Part shown: positions 49,119 to 63,160 of the stretch, piece after piece | Layout of the letters: every line of letters begins with the position of its first letter | How positions within the stretch are numbered: position 1 is the stretch's first letter | Position numbers and translations under genes: made by a program | The notes under the pieces: generated by a model | Databases searched by the model: none | The model's input: the letters and a program-made list of their open reading frames with translations, nothing else | What the model was told of the DNA's origin: nothing | Source: Callorhinchus milii | Lineage: Eukaryota | NCBI RefSeq assembly: GCF_018977255.1 | Contig: NW_024704742.1 | Span: 9,736,001 to 9,800,000 of the forward strand | DNA length: 64,000 nucleotides | Direction of reading: 5' to 3'

Positions 49119-50327
49119 TCATAAAAAAAATCAAGTTTTTGAGTAAGCAAAATTCCAGAGGGTCACTGACAACACACCCAGGATTCCAACTGTTACATAT
49201 CCTTACACAAATCTTACACCTTAGACCCCAATTCTTGTATAGAACACCACTAAAGTAGACCAAATCACAAACACATCAATGCAATGTAAACTTTATTACA
49301 CCATCACAATGTGGTGAACAAAGGTGTCCTAACCAATCATCCCTCCAATAAAATCGGTCAGTTATTTCATGACTGTTTATGGGACATTGCTGTGCGCAAA
49401 TTTTCTACTGCATTTGCCTACAAATTATATAGTCACTACACTTTACAGTGCATCTATGAAATGCTTTGAGGCATCCTCCCGATGTGAAAAGTGTTATATT
49501 AAATGTGAGGATTGTTTTATTGTTTAATATTTAAATGGTAAGTACACCTGAAAATGGTAACAAAAAATGGCAATAATGGGTATAATGTTTACACTGATGA
49601 AACATCATAGGGAGTGTAATTCTTTTTGAAGTTAAGAGTAGCAATGTTAGATATGAAGGTTTATAACAGGGGGAAATTCAATTGTGGCACACATTGCCAA
49701 TGTTGCTGTGCACAGTAGCAAAGGGGATTTCTCATTTCTGTTTTGTTGCTCATGTCTGTCATATAAATAGAATGCATGACAGTGGCTAGCCACATGTTTC
49801 ATTGGCAAAGCTTATGTGCACCTACAGCATTTCTGAGTGATAAAGTGGGTGTCACTCAGTGACGTTCTTTTCCATTAAATTGTTAATACTCACATATATC
49901 ATTGTTAAATGGATGGGACTATCTCATCCCCAAATACTGCTGGATTTGATAGTAGATCACAAAGCAGATATGATTTGTTCCTTTCCCATTCAGTCCAGAG
50001 ATCACTCAAGAGTGTCATTCGTACAATTGTTTTTTCTCCTGAGACTCAGAAGTGATGCTATCAGCTCGGCTCAGTATGAGCTTCTTGACTCCAGGTCAGA
50101 AGGATGTGGGTTGAAGCCCCAAGGACTTATGGAGTCCTGTAGTGTAGTTCAGTGGTTAGAGCACTCACCTCGCAAGTGAGAGACCTGGATTCGATTCCCA
50201 GCAGGGTGAAACCTCAGGCAAGTTTGCTTAATCCACACATCTCTGTTTACCTAGCAGTAAATAGGAACCCGGTCGTTAGTCGGTTGTTGGATTGCTTTTC
50301 CAGGGTTAATAATCCCTTCAAATAAAA

Positions 50328-50762
50328 TAGTAATAATAAAAATTGAAATTGATATAGCGCTTTTCACGTCTTCTAGAAGTTTCAAAGCCCTTCACAGAAT
50401 ATATTGTAAATTGAACAAAACACAAAATACTGCAGATCCTGAAATCTGAAATACTTTCCGTTCTCCATAGATGCTGCCTGAACTGCTGAGTTTTCCCAGC
50501 TCTCTCTGGTCTTGATACTGTAAAGTGAATTGACTGCATTTTTTATGGGCGAAATGCAGCAGCCAATTGCTCACAGCAGTGTCCCACAAACAGTCGTGGA
50601 TTGAAGTGACCAAATTATTATTGTTTTTTATTCTTGAGGGATTATTATCAGGCACGTTGAGTAAGGAAACTTGCCCAAGGTTTCGCCCTGACCTGCCGGG
50701 AATCGAATCCAGGTCTCTCGCTTGTGAGGCGAATGCGTTAACCGCTGAGCGACAGGATTCCG
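50328..50762 (-). mobile_element. Young short-form SINE nested antisense
   Basis: Tail at about 50328, head ending gacaggattcc at about 50761. Confidence 0.88.
50416..50514. mobile_element. Penelope-type terminal fragment, third nesting level
   Basis: 15-bp TSD with 2 mismatches: atattgtaaattgaa (50401-50415) and atactgtaaagtgaa (50515-50529). Confidence 0.65.
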
Positions 50763-52305
50763 CTGGGCACTCAATAATTCACGACTTTTTTGTGGGACAC
50801 TGCTGTGTGCAATTGATTGCTGTGTTTCGCCCACATACAATCAATTCAGTTTGCACAATATTCTGTGAAGCACCTTGAGAGATCTCAAAGATGGGATAAG
50901 GCACTATATCAAATGCAATGATTATTATTATGTGTTTTTTTTAGTCCAGAGGAATACTTGGGGTGACAGTTCCTGTGTCATTGTGAAGCTGAAATTTCTT
51001 TCCAGTAAGACATGTGATGCAAATGTATTATAAATGTACCACTGTTTACGTGGGTCCTTTAAACAGCTTGAACGCTTGCTGTTTACATCTCAAAAAAATC
51101 CCCTGCCTGTGAATCTCTGTAGTAACATGAATCTAAGAGTCTATTCCACAACTCTATAACTGACCAAGGAGAGAACAAATTAGTGCTTTCCACTGCAAAC
51201 TGATTCTCATTTCCATAATGTGCAGACAAGTAATATTAACAAGCTGACAACTGGCAGCCGGCATGGATGGCCGTGTCTGCTGACCCATGTCTTTGCTGTC
51301 ACTACTGTCTTTCTCAGCAATGATTAAAATATTTCAGTTTTCTCATTATTGTTACCTCTGGCTGAGTCTGCTAGTTCTGTGATACGTAGAACCACAATAT
51401 CACTTTTATTGTGTTCTCAGAAACAGTCCAGCTACCCACAACTATTACAGGGATAAAAAGCAAGTAGGCAAAGTATGCATGGCATACTGTATTAGTACCC
51501 TATTAACAATCATTATAATAATAATCTTTTCCATTTGACAAAGTGCCTATGACAGCAAAAATGTCAAAACATTTTGTAATGTAGCACAAACAACTAGGAA
51601 GTGAATAACCAATTTCATTTGAGGGATTGTTGGCCAGGACACTGAGAGAAACTTGCTTCACTTTTTGAATCATGCCAAGGGATCTTTAACATCCACAAGA
51701 ACAGGCAGACAAGACCTTGGTTCACAAGGTGGCTACCCCCAACACTGCACTGGTCAGACTGTGAGCTCAAAGTGCCAACAGAACCTTTGAATGTCCACCC
51801 CCAACACCCGCCCCCCCACACACACATATACACACACACATACATGCATCCCCTACCCAATTCTCTCCCATCCTTTCCTAAAGACACTCAATACTCACTA
51901 GATTTGATGAATTAAATTGCTACTTCCAGTTTGTGAATATGGAAAGCTATTTACTTTGCAATATTTGTAAAAAGGATGTGGTTATTTTCATATCCTATAG
52001 CCAGCAAAATGTTACAAAAGGCCAGCCAGCAGTTTGTCACTGTGTCTAACCCTACAAGTTATTCAATCACTACAGTTTAGGGTATATCCTATAAAAATCC
52101 TTGAGACATTCTCCTGACGTGGAATGCTCTATAACAAAAGTAAGGATTAGTATTATCATAGCTCCTACTTTCCCAGCTTTTGTAAATCGTAATCAGTCAT
52201 TTGGGCTCAAAGATTTCGCCAGACCTGGTTGCGTTTTGTAAGTGAGGAAATCAGCCTTATCAACCAAGCTTATTCTGGGGATAACTCAACTTGGGGTAGG
52301 CCAGT

Positions 52306-52710
52306 ACATAAGAACATAAGAACATAAGAAATGCTGGACGAAAAGATTCCAAGTTCCTTCTGGTTCGTCTTCCACCTTCCTGGCAGTCACATGAACATAA
52401 GTCCTGAACTATCTATGTACTGTATCCCATAATGATATTTCCTAAAACTATCCAATTTGTGTTTGAAGGAATCAACACTTCCTGCTTCAACCATCTCCTT
52501 AAGGAGCCTGTTTCACAGGTTCATTATTTGCTCACTGAAATAGTGTTTGTGTAGATTCGTTCTGAATTTCCCCCCCTTCAATCGCAGGCCATATCCTTTG
52601 GTTTTACTATTCTGGACAAGTTGAAACAGCCTGTCGTGATCTGTATTGTCGTGCCCCTTTAGAATTTTAAAGACAGCTATCATGTCGCCTCTCAATCTTC
52701 TTAATCTGAT
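52306..52710 (-). mobile_element. CR1 family 2, 3' fragment
   Basis: RGDMIAVFKILKG...LKGGKFRTNL; (CATAAGAA)n on the plus strand. Confidence 0.9.
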
Positions 52711-52836
52711 CTTCCTGAGAAAGATCCTCAGTGTTCATTGCTCAAAATTGATCTTCACTAAGCAAGGTGATAGCAACCAGGGTTGGCCATTACTACCAAA
52801 CGTGTCATAAGGAAAAATCAATGTAAAGGGACAATC

Positions 52837-52995
52837 AACAACAACAACATGCACTTATATAGCGCCCTTCATGCAGGGTAGCGTCTCGGAGCACTTGACA
52901 GTGGCAGAGTCTGACCCTGAGCCAGGGGGAGAGGGAGGTGAAACATTAGCAAGATCAAAAAGGAAGGTCTTTAGACGAGATTTAATAGTGGAGAG
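52837..52995 (-). mobile_element. L2 3' end
   Basis: (CAA)n followed by atagcgcccttc and aggaaggtcttt. Confidence 0.7.
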
Positions 52996-53767
52996 GGACG
53001 AAAATTGGTTTTATAGTTGTGAAAATGGCTCCCTGGGGATTGCTGATAAACTTTGTTTCGTAAAGCCACACTCTTCGGAAAGAGTAGTAACTCCCCCCTC
53101 TGCCCAGAGCAGCTTCACTGCGCAGTACGTACATTCTGCTGCCTGTGCTCCAGCCAGTGATGCTCTGTCATTCTCACAATGCAATTCAGACAGTCTCGCC
53201 CTTTCCTTTCCCCATATTAGATCCAATTTGTTTTCGTTTTTGTTGGCTGCTTGCATGAGACCAATCTTTCCTACGCTGCGTCTGTTAAATGCGAGATGAG
53301 GCAGAAATATGCATCTCCTACAGGATATATGCCAATTAATTAGATTCAAATGATCCTCTGCACACACGTTAATGTTAACTACATATGCTTTCATTCCTGT
53401 AATTAGGTAGAAAAGCTGGTGTATATGCAAATATACAGACATTGGTATATAGACACTGCAATTGCCTGCACGCTGGAATGTAGTGTAATTTAGATGAAAT
53501 TTATTGTTGGATTGAAAATTACAGAAAATAAAACTTATTAAAGACATCTTTGACAATGGGCTTCAAAGAAAATAGTCATTTCACAGGGGAGGTGTTCTTT
53601 TTTAACGTGATTGTAAAGGTTGTTCATAACCTTTCATCATTCATTTGATTTTGTTTGGGGTCAGCTGGATGTCTGACATACGCGGAAGCACATCATCACG
53701 CTCAAGAATATCTGAACCAGACTGAGAGTTCCGTGTATACCATTTTCATCGGGACATTTCTCCATAC

Positions 53768-54093
53768 AGCACTTGCCTCGCAAGCAAGAGGACCTGGGCG
53801 AAACGTTGAGTAGGTTTCCTTACTCCACACACCACTGTTTACCTAGCAGTAAGTAAGAACCTGGTTGTTAGTCGATTGACAGATCGCTTTTCTGGGGGTA
53901 ATAATTCCTTCAAAAAAAAACAATTTGGACACTTAATTCACGACTGTTTGTTGCATACTGCTGTGCCCAATTGGCTGCTGCGTTTCGCACACAAAATATA
54001 CAGTTAATTCACTTTACTGTATGTTCTATGAAGCACTTTGAGATGTCTAGAAGATGTGATAAAATGTTATATCAAATGCAAGGAATATTATTA
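53768..54093 (+). mobile_element. Young SINE subfamily A
   Basis: Partial head, A segment and tail. Confidence 0.88.
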
Positions 54094-54299
54094 TGTTTGG
54101 AATGGAGTGCACAGTCCCTTCTCTAGAGGGATACACCAGCTTACCTATTAGGTGTAGGTTGCAAAGAAATAAGGCTTGGAGACCCCAGAGTGTGTGACCC
54201 TAATTGTTCCACTTCCCCTCTCCCCCACATCAGCTCCCTTCCTTCACCCCTCCCCCCACACCCTTATAAACTTGTATTTATATAGTACCCTTCACGCGG

Positions 54300-54494
54300 G
54301 GTAGCCAATTGTGCACAGCAGTGTCCCACAAACAATTGTGGATTGACGTGACCAATTTATTATTTTTTTTCTTGAGAGATTATTATCAGTGGAGGAAGGA
54401 AGGAAGCTTGCCCAAGGTTTCGCCCTGCCGGGAATTGAACCCAGGTCTCTCGCTTGCGTGGCAAATGCTCTAACCACTGAGCTACAGGATTCCA
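54300..54494 (-). mobile_element. Young SINE, head plus partial body
   Basis: Reverse head ending gctacaggattcc. Confidence 0.85.
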
Positions 54495-54971
54495 CGTAGT
54501 TATTTCTTAACCAGGGAAACGGGTTACCAGAAAGGATCGTTGAAACTAGGGCACTGAACTCATTTAAGAAACTACTTGATGCTGTGATGAAAACAGTCAT
54601 GTGGTTATTCTGGAAAGAAGAGATCAAATGGGCCAAAGGGCCTTTTTCATCCAAACCTGTCTTCCACTCTTATATCACTCACCACGTTACTATAGAGTCA
54701 TATCGCCACCCAGTGGCAGTTTTTGTTTGATAGAGTTTATAATTTATAAAAAGCAGCAAGTCAGGAGAACAGAAATAAAGTGAATAAAAGAACGAAGAAA
54801 ATTGTGGGAACAGATAAGAAAAAAAAGGAAAACAACAACAACTTGCATTTATATAGTACATCTTACACAGGGTAGTGGCCCAGAGTGCTTGAAACAATAA
54901 GGGAACATTGCACGAAATAGGATAAAACTATCAACTCTGTCCAATGTTTTAAATCATCATGGAAGAAATAG

Positions 54972-55725
54972 TAATAATAATAACCCTTGCATTTGGTACA
55001 GCATGTTATCACATTGCTGAGAAGTCTCAGTGCACTTGTAAAGTGCAGTTACTGTGCATTTGTGGGTGAATTAGCCATTGTGTTATTAGCCTGCCGCTCC
55101 CTCCGCTCGGCGGACACCGGCCTGCCACAGGTCCCCCATACTTCCCGCCATACATTGGCAGTTGGGCATTCAGCATCTCTGCCCCCACATTCTAGAAGTA
55201 TAACTCCCAATCCCTCCACCTCACCCCCTCTCTTACCTCCTTCAAGTCCTGCCTAAAGACCTTCCTCTTTGACCGTGCCTTCGGTCACCCTCCCACCTGC
55301 AACCCGTCTGAACTCTACCCATCCTGACCCCAGCTCGGGTCCAAAAACCCCTGACTGTCCAGCACCCTGGGACGTCTTTCCGAAGTGAAGGACGCTATAC
55401 AAACGTAATTTGTTGTTGTTGTTGAACACGGCAGTCAATTTGAGCACAGCAATGTCCTACAAACAGCCATGAGTAAATGACCAATTTTTTATTTGGGGTA
55501 TTGTTGGCCACGATACCGGAAGAGAGAATCTCCCTTCTCATTTCAAATACTGCCATGAGATCTTTAACATCCACCTGAACAGGCAGGCGGGACCTCAGTT
55601 TAGCATCTCATCCAAAGGACAGAACTTCCAACAATGCAGCACTGCATTGGAATGTCAGCTTAGACTATGTGAGTTCAAGTTATGACATGGGGCTTGAAAA
55701 TAGCCTAGTTTAGCTAACTGAGCAA
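54972..55725 (-). mobile_element. Old Deu SINE interrupted by L2
   Basis: Tail 54972-55070; core and head 55424-55725. Confidence 0.8.
55085..55423 (+). mobile_element. L2 3' fragment
   Basis: RSLRSADTG...FKSCLKTFLF, stem-loop, (TTG)n. Confidence 0.85.
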
Positions 55726-57404
55726 GATAAAAGAAAAGAAAGTGAAGATAATATATCTGTAGGATCATCAATCTTCAAATTGGAAACATTCTCCAAACAG
55801 GTGAAAATTGAAGACCAAACTGGATTTTCAAAGATTTTCTCTGTCAAGAAACCTTTGAAATCAATTTTCAATCTTGAGTGAACATTTCAGAGGGGATCTC
55901 ATAGAGGTGTTTAACATTTCAAATGGGATCGAAAAAGTAAACCCAATACAGTACTTTAGGGGATAGCAAGACAAGAGGACACAGTTTAGAGCTGTAAAGG
56001 GTAATCCCATTAACGTGATCAATTTAGCTGGAGGATTCATAGCCATGAAATGGGGAGAAAATGCCTTCGCCTTTTAAGTAGTGACGTGGGGACTATGAGC
56101 TCAAGTACCACAGTGAGGCCTAAACCCACAACCTTCTGACACAGAGATAAACGTGAGCCAAACTGACATGACATTTAAGAAATATTTTGTTGCTACAATG
56201 GGGTTTGTCGTCCAGACGAGATCAACTGGGCTGAACCAGCCTCCTCAACCAGAGTTTAACTTGTGAATCAACATGAACTATGGAGTTTAAAGAGGTCACA
56301 TGATTTCATTAGTCTGGTTAAGATATTAATTCAGGTCCCAGAGATACATAACCTAGATATTAACCCAGTGTCTATGTAGCAAACACTGTCAACAAGAATA
56401 ACTTCCCACAAACACATATTAAAGTCAATACAATACAAATTTACATTTATATGGCTCCTTACATGTCAGAAGAGCATCCAAAGGCACAGGCACATATTAA
56501 AGTCAAGCCCAGTGCCTGATTAGAAATAATACAAAAGCTGATCACTGGTTCAGATGGATGCCTGTAGATGCAACAACAATGTTCTAAGAGGTATGGTGAA
56601 CCAACTGCAGTTATACAGATGAGAGGGTTCTTCAGCTTGAGATCCTGCCTTCTCGTTGTGCCTTCTGATCTTATAAGATGTTTTCTATTTCATCCCTGAC
56701 TGCTGACATTTCTCTGAAACTGTTGCCAATCCTTCTTTTGAATAATTACGATGAAGTGATATTTAAAGGCAAACTTGACAGGCTGATGTTAGATAGATGC
56801 AGGGTATAGAAGAAACAGATTCAGTGGACAGATGATACAGATTCAGGGCAAAGTGCAGATACATTCAGGGTACTGTGGAGATATTAATGACATCAATAAT
56901 AATCTTTACATTTGATATAACTTTTCACCATGTCATCCAACTATCTCAAAACAGTGTGCAGAATTTATTGTAAAGTGTATGTAGTTTTTTGTGGATATGG
57001 TTATATGCGCACAAAATATAGTTGCGGTATATTCTGTGAAGCGCTTTAAGATGGCTCGGTTATGTGATAAGGCGCTATATTGAATGCAAGGATAATTATT
57101 ATTATTTATTATTATATGCAAAATTGGGTGCTGCATTTAGCCACACAACACGCAATCACTCCACTTTACAATCATGTGAAGGGCTTTGGTATGTTCTCTC
57201 TACATGAAAGGGGCTATACCAAATGTAATGATCTGTATCAGTATTATTATTGTAAATGTAGCAATTTATCTGGTTTTATCTGGTGGATTGTTGGCTAGGA
57301 CACTGGGCAAAACTCCAATGCACAGAAGAGATGGATTGAGGGAATGGGGGTATAGAGGAGATTGATTGAGAGAAAAGAGGAGTTAGTTATTTGATGCAGA
57401 GGAA

Positions 57405-57758
57405 ATAATAATAATAATAATAATAATAACCCTTGCATTGATATAGTGCCTCTTCACATCTTCAAGACGTCTCAAAGCGCTTCACAGAATATACGTTTGT
57501 GGGCGAAACGCAGCAGCCAATTGTGCACAGCAGTGTCCCACAAACAGTCATAGATTGAGTAACCAATTTTTTAAAAAGGAATTATTACCCCCAGAAAAGC
57601 GATTCACCAATCGACTAACAACCGGGTTCCTACTTACTGCTGTTATCCAGAGGCGTGTGGAGTAAGGAAACTCGCCCATTGTTTTGTCCTGATGGGAATC
57701 AAGCCCAGGTCTCTCGCTTGCGAGGTGAGTGCTCTAACCACTGAGCTATAGCACTCCA
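57405..57758 (-). mobile_element. Young SINE subfamily A, near full length
   Basis: (AAT)n tail, A segment, CGC head. Confidence 0.92.
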
Positions 57759-57821
57759 TGTCCTGGATTGAGAACATAGAGGAAGTGGATTCAAGGCATA
57801 TAAATGGTCATGTTATTGCTT

Positions 57822-58037
57822 TCCTCAGAAAGGTATATCAGGATATAGATTTGCTTCTACTTGTGTAGCATTTCAGAGCATCTAGAACTTGGCAAAGTGT
57901 TGAAATCAGCACTATTTTTTAAGCTTACGGAAAACCGACTTAAGAATTAGGCTGTCTTTAAAAAATTACCAAATTCTAGATGCGCTGAAAATGCTACATA
58001 AACAAGAATAAATCTCGACCCAGGTGGAATTTCTCCC
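57822..58037. mobile_element. Hairpin MITE family, best-preserved copy
   Basis: 57847-57910 is largely complementary to 57951-58015; right end gacccaggtggaatttctccc followed by TAA. Confidence 0.75.
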
Positions 58038-58469
58038 TAATAATGGCAAGGTTCCTGAAAGGGTTTGTAAACAGTCAATCCTGACCTGTTGAAAATTCAT
58101 TCCAATCTGAGCTCAGCATTCTTTACAGATGAAGTCAGTCAGAGCATCACAGGAAAGAGTGCATCACTGGCTAAACAAAACAAAATTGAATTATACCGGA
58201 ATCCCACTAAGTGACACTCCATCCAGCTGTGATGGGCAAACTGGAAATCTGATGCACATCTGGCTTCTGGACCTAACTCTGATGAGCAGATTTGGGGTAG
58301 AGAGTGTCAGGGGAGGGAGATCTACTATTGAGTAATTGATAATTAACACATAAATTAGTCTCTTTTTCTAACAATGTGCTAATTAAAGTGACAGAACATA
58401 ATTTCATCCCAATATGAAATTAACCCCAAGTCACATTTGACATCACAAGAGTTGGTGAGGTTCTAAACA

Positions 58470-60198
58470 CCCAAACAAAACTGCCAAATTTCAAGAGGCC
58501 TGACTTTGTGCGCTTGAGAATTCTAGTCGGAGTGGGCCTGGCAGGTTTAAATGTGATAATAGGAGTGGAGGACCCATGGAGTTCCTTCAAGGAGGTGATT
58601 ATGAAGGTAATGAAATAACATGTACCCATGCAAAGCAAAGGTACCAAGCTTAAAGGAACTTCTACCTGGTTGGACAGGGCTACAAAGTAAATCATAAAGA
58701 GAGAAAAAAAGGCATTTAAGACCATGAAGGAAAATGGCATGGAAATAACTCAGACTCAATACCCGAAGGAGTGCCAGGATTGCTAAAAAGGACGTCCTTC
58801 TGACGTGAAAGGCTCTCTATAAATGTAATTTTTTTGTTGTTGACTGCTAAGAAGGCATTTGAATGGCAAAGAAAATCTTTGAATTGAACATCGCAAGAGA
58901 TGTGAGGGATAGTATCAGAAAGTTTTTTTTAGCTAACTTAAGGGTAGAAGAAAAACAAGCAATGGACTAGGGCCACTAAAGGTGGGTTCAGAAGACAACA
59001 TGACAAATAATGCTGCACAGGCTGCAATAGTGCTAAATAGGTTTTTTGCATCAGTCTTTACCAAGGAGGAGACAGGTAACCCATCTGATCTGGAAAGAGA
59101 ACTCAAGGATGTCGCAAAGAAAAGTTGTGACACGATTATATCACTACCAGCATGGTTGCCAAGCAGCTGTGTAAACTTAAGGTAAATAAATCTCAGGAGC
59201 CAGATAAATGGCATCCGAGGATCCTTAAGGAACTGAGGGAGGAAGTCACTGAAACACTGGCACAAATCTTTCAAAAATCACTGAATACTGGAGAGGTGCC
59301 GGGGAACTGGAGAAAAGCAGATGTTACTCCTATTTTTAAGAAAGTTAACAAATGTGACACAGGAAATCACAGACCAGTACGTTTGACGTCTATTGTGGGT
59401 AAAATTATGGAGACTCTTGTTAAGGATAAAGTCATGAAGCATCTGGACAGAAATAAAATCACAAATGATAGCCAATGAAGGGAAGGTCTTGCCAATCTAA
59501 TTTACTGGCTTTCTTTGATGGTGTAACAAGGAGCTTGATAAGGGTAAGGCTGTGGATGTTGTATATCTGGATTTCAGTAAGGCCTTTGATACAGTTCCTC
59601 TTGAGAGGCTGGTACTGAAAGTAAAGAAACCGGGAATCAGTGGAGGTATATTACAATGGATGACTGGAAGAACCCAGAAGGTGGTGGTACAGGGAATGTC
59701 ATCAAACTGGGAAAATATTACCAATGGCGTTCCACAAGGGTCTGTTTTGGGGCCACTTTTGTTTAATATTTTTATAAATGATCTGGACTAGGAGTCACAA
59801 GCACAGTGGCTAAGTTTGCAGATGACACTGACTAATGAAGGTTACAAGAGGATTTGAACATACTTGGGAATTGGACAAATTGGTGGCAAATGAAATTCAA
59901 TGTGGAGAAATGTTAAGTATTTCACATGGGGAACAAAAATCCTGGAAGGGACTATATTATTTGAACAGAAGGAAAATAATATACATGTAAAATGAAAAGT
60001 ACTTGGAGGTCCTGATTGACAATAAATTGAAGCTCTCCCAACAATGCCCTGAGCAGTGAGTAAAGCAAACCAGATGTTGGGATGTTTCAATGAGCGAATG
60101 GTGAACCTGTGGAAGAGGCTCCCGAGGGAGAAGTTTGAAGCAGGAAATGTCGATTCTTTCAAACACAGATTTGATAAGTTTCTTTTAGGAAATAACAT

Positions 60199-60231
<33 letters not shown>

Positions 60232-60688
60232 CCTTGCATTTGATATAGCGCTTTTCACGTCAGGAGGACGTCCCAAAGCGCTTCACAGAACACACTGTAA
60301 AGTGAATTGACTGTATATTTGTGGGCGAACGCGGCAGCCAATTGCGCACAGCAATGTCCCACAAACAGTCGTAGATTGAAAATGACCAATTTAATTATTG
60401 TTTTTGGTTTTTTGGAGGGATAATTATTAGGCGTGTGGAGGAAGGAAACTTGCCCAAGGTTTCGCCCTGACTGGAATTGAACTCAGGTCTCTCACTTGCA
60501 AAGCGAGTGCTCTAACCACTGAGCTACAGGACTCCACAAATTATATTATATTATGTATTATGTATTATATTATGGGATATAATACATATGTAGTTTGGGA
60601 CATTTGTGCATGCGACCGCCAGGAAGGTGGAAGGCGAACTAGATGGACCTTGGTCTTTTTTCGTCTAGCATATCTTATATTCTTATAA
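58470..60688 (+). mobile_element. CR1 family 2, long degenerate ORF2 with deletions
   Basis: [50 protein letters not shown]; 3' end gatggaccttggtc; contains an L2 tail (about 58790-58842) and a SINE. Confidence 0.93.
60200..60537 (-). mobile_element. Young SINE subfamily B, full length, nested in CR1
   Basis: Long (AAT)n, L2-type tail, TGC head. Confidence 0.94.
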
Positions 60689-61446
60689 TTTCTGACCATA
60701 GTATATTTTCGTAGCTTGCCCCTTTGCCGTGATGATCTAATGATTGTTTTCTCAGTTAATCTATGAATCTTTTCAATCTCTCCCAGCCCTATTCTGCTAC
60801 CTCTGGCTTCTACTCCTCCATTTCTGGCATGCTGGTTATCACTTGTGAGACAATAACCATGTCAGTAATGGTTCAATCTATCATATACCTCATTAATCCA
60901 CAATACGATAGTAACAATCTCAATCAAAGAACATTTAAGTACAGTTATGACTGATCTCTAATAGCTAATATAGTGCGGCTAACTCAAAGAATATTTGGTA
61001 AATGATCATTTCTACCTTCTCTGGGAGGAGGTTGGCATTGCCTTTGGCCAATATTTTTTTTTCAGCATCCGTCTCACTGCAGTTCGACGTAAACATTAAT
61101 TTGTATAGCCCTAAGTTTGTTCACATGATGACTGAATATAAAGGGTGGAACTGGAGGTCAGTTTACCCAATTAGATTTCATAGTTTGAATAGCCAATAAA
61201 TATTTCCAAACTGGTTCATGCAATCATCTTTATACACACAGGAAGCACCCCGAGGTTATCATTACAGGAGTATGGGGTGGTTTCATGTTCTGATGTACTG
61301 AGTGTGAACGTTTAATTGACAACATCTGGTATAACACCTAGTCAACTTTTCTTCATCCCACAATCAATACTGTTCCTTTATTTTAATTCCACCTTTCAGT
61401 CTTTAACTCTAATTCTTCCTTTTAGCATCTGCTTTTAATAGTGTTA

Positions 61447-61680
61447 TAATAATAACCCTTATATTTGATATGGCGCTTTTCACATTAGGAGGACGTCTCA
61501 AAGCATTTCACAGGATATATTATAAAGTGTAGTGACTGTTCATTTTTTGCCCGAATGCAGTAGCCAATTTGTGCAGAGCAATGTCCCACAGACACACAGA
61601 CATGAGGTGAATAACTAATTTTATTTTGAGGATTGTTGACCAGGACTCCGGGAGAAACTCCCTTCTCTTTTGTTAATTGT
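61447..61680 (-). mobile_element. Old Deu SINE, 3' part
   Basis: Tail and gaccaggactccgggagaaactccc. Confidence 0.75.
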
Positions 61681-61857
61681 CAGAAATACCAGTTCTGTCA
61701 TAGTAGGAAATATCTGCATCAACAGAAATCTACATAGCAGCAAGTATAGAAGATTGGGATAGATCAAGGAATATCGCTTCCATTTCCTACTGATTTTGTG
61801 TTGACACACAGTCACTGGCAGTACATCTGTACATGGACTATACGTTTTACATATGTT

Positions 61858-62050
61858 AATAATAATAATCCTTTCATTTGATATAGCGCCTTATCACGTC
61901 TTCGAGATGTCTCAAAATGCTTCACAGAATATACTGTAAAGTGAATTGTGGACAAAACGCGGCAGCCAATTGCACACAGCAGTGTCCCACAAAGAGTCGT
62001 GGATTGAGAGACCAATTTATTATTATTTTTTGTTGTCATCGAAGGAATTA
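61858..62050 (-). mobile_element. Young SINE, 3' part
   Basis: Tail and body match. Confidence 0.85.
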
Positions 62051-62476
62051 TTATCCTTATTCTTTTAAGAAAAAGATAAAAAGAAATTTCATTTCATGCA
62101 ATGAAAAAGACTGAGCACGAGAGCATGAACACCATATTAAGGAACAAAGCAAATAATGTTCTTCATGAGGCCAGTGTGACGTGGAGAGACATGTATTACC
62201 ACTGTTCATCCAATGAATAACCTATTATAAAAGAAACCGCAAAGCTAGGCATCCTAAACAGGTTGAATGAACATCCTCCCCCTCTCTCTCTGCCTGCCTG
62301 CCTGTGAGGGACTGGAATGTAATTCACTGGGAGAGTCTCAGAGGTGCCATAATTTAACACTGTTTGATAATTGGTAATTACACAATAATTCAAAGGAGAC
62401 TCACAATCTCACTCAGGCATGTCAAAAGGATAGCTAGTGGGAGAAGTGCTAATATCATGCAGGTTTCTGGCACGTG

Positions 62477-63160
62477 GAGTCCTGTAGCTCAGTGGTTGGA
62501 GCACTCGTCTCACAAGCGAGTTCGATTCCCAGGTGGGGTGAAATGTTGGGCAAGTTTCCTTACTCCACACGCCTCTGTTTACCTAGTAGCAAGTAGGAAC
62601 CCAGTTGTTAGTTGAGTGTCCTGTAGCTCAGTGGTTAGAGCACGCGAGAGACCTGAGTTCAATTCCAGGCAGAGGGCGAAACCTTGGGCAAGTTTCCTTA
62701 CTTCACACGCCTAATAATAATCCCTCCAAAAAAACAAAACAATAATAAATTGGTCATTTTCAATCCATGACTGTTTGTGGGACATTGCTGTGCGCAATTG
62801 GCTGCCGCGTTCGCCCACAAATATAGTCAATTCACTTTACAGTATATTCTGTGAAGCGCTTTGGGACGTCTAGAAAACATGAAAAGTGCTATATCAAATG
62901 CAAGGATTATTATTATTATTATTATTGGCGGATCACTTTTCCGGGGGGAATAATTCCTTCAAAAAAATTTGATTACTTGAATACATGACTGTGTGTGCGA
63001 CACTGCTGTGCGCAATTGGCGCCATGTTTCGCCCAAAAAATATACGGCCACATTTTTTTGCAGTATATTCTGTTTATTGCAGTATATCCTGTGAAATGCT
63101 TTGAGACGAAGATGTGATAAGGCACGATATCAAATGAAAGGATTATTATTTATTATTATT
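62477..63160 (+). mobile_element. Young SINE subfamily A (host; 62477-62614 and 62926-63160)
   Basis: A segment broken at gttagttga|ttggcggatc. Confidence 0.88.
62615..62925 (+). mobile_element. Young SINE subfamily B nested in subfamily A
   Basis: Second head gtcctgtagctcag; (ATT)n tail merges into the host attggcgg. Confidence 0.9.

Larger units (their letters stand above)
50130..50930 (+). mobile_element. Young SINE subfamily A (host; 50130-50325 and 50766-50930)
   Basis: Head and A segment on the left, body and tail on the right of the insertion. Confidence 0.85.

Noticed and set aside
53011..53556. 181-aa minus-strand ORF
   Set aside because: Non-ATG start, no domain and no splice support; likely a chance ORF.
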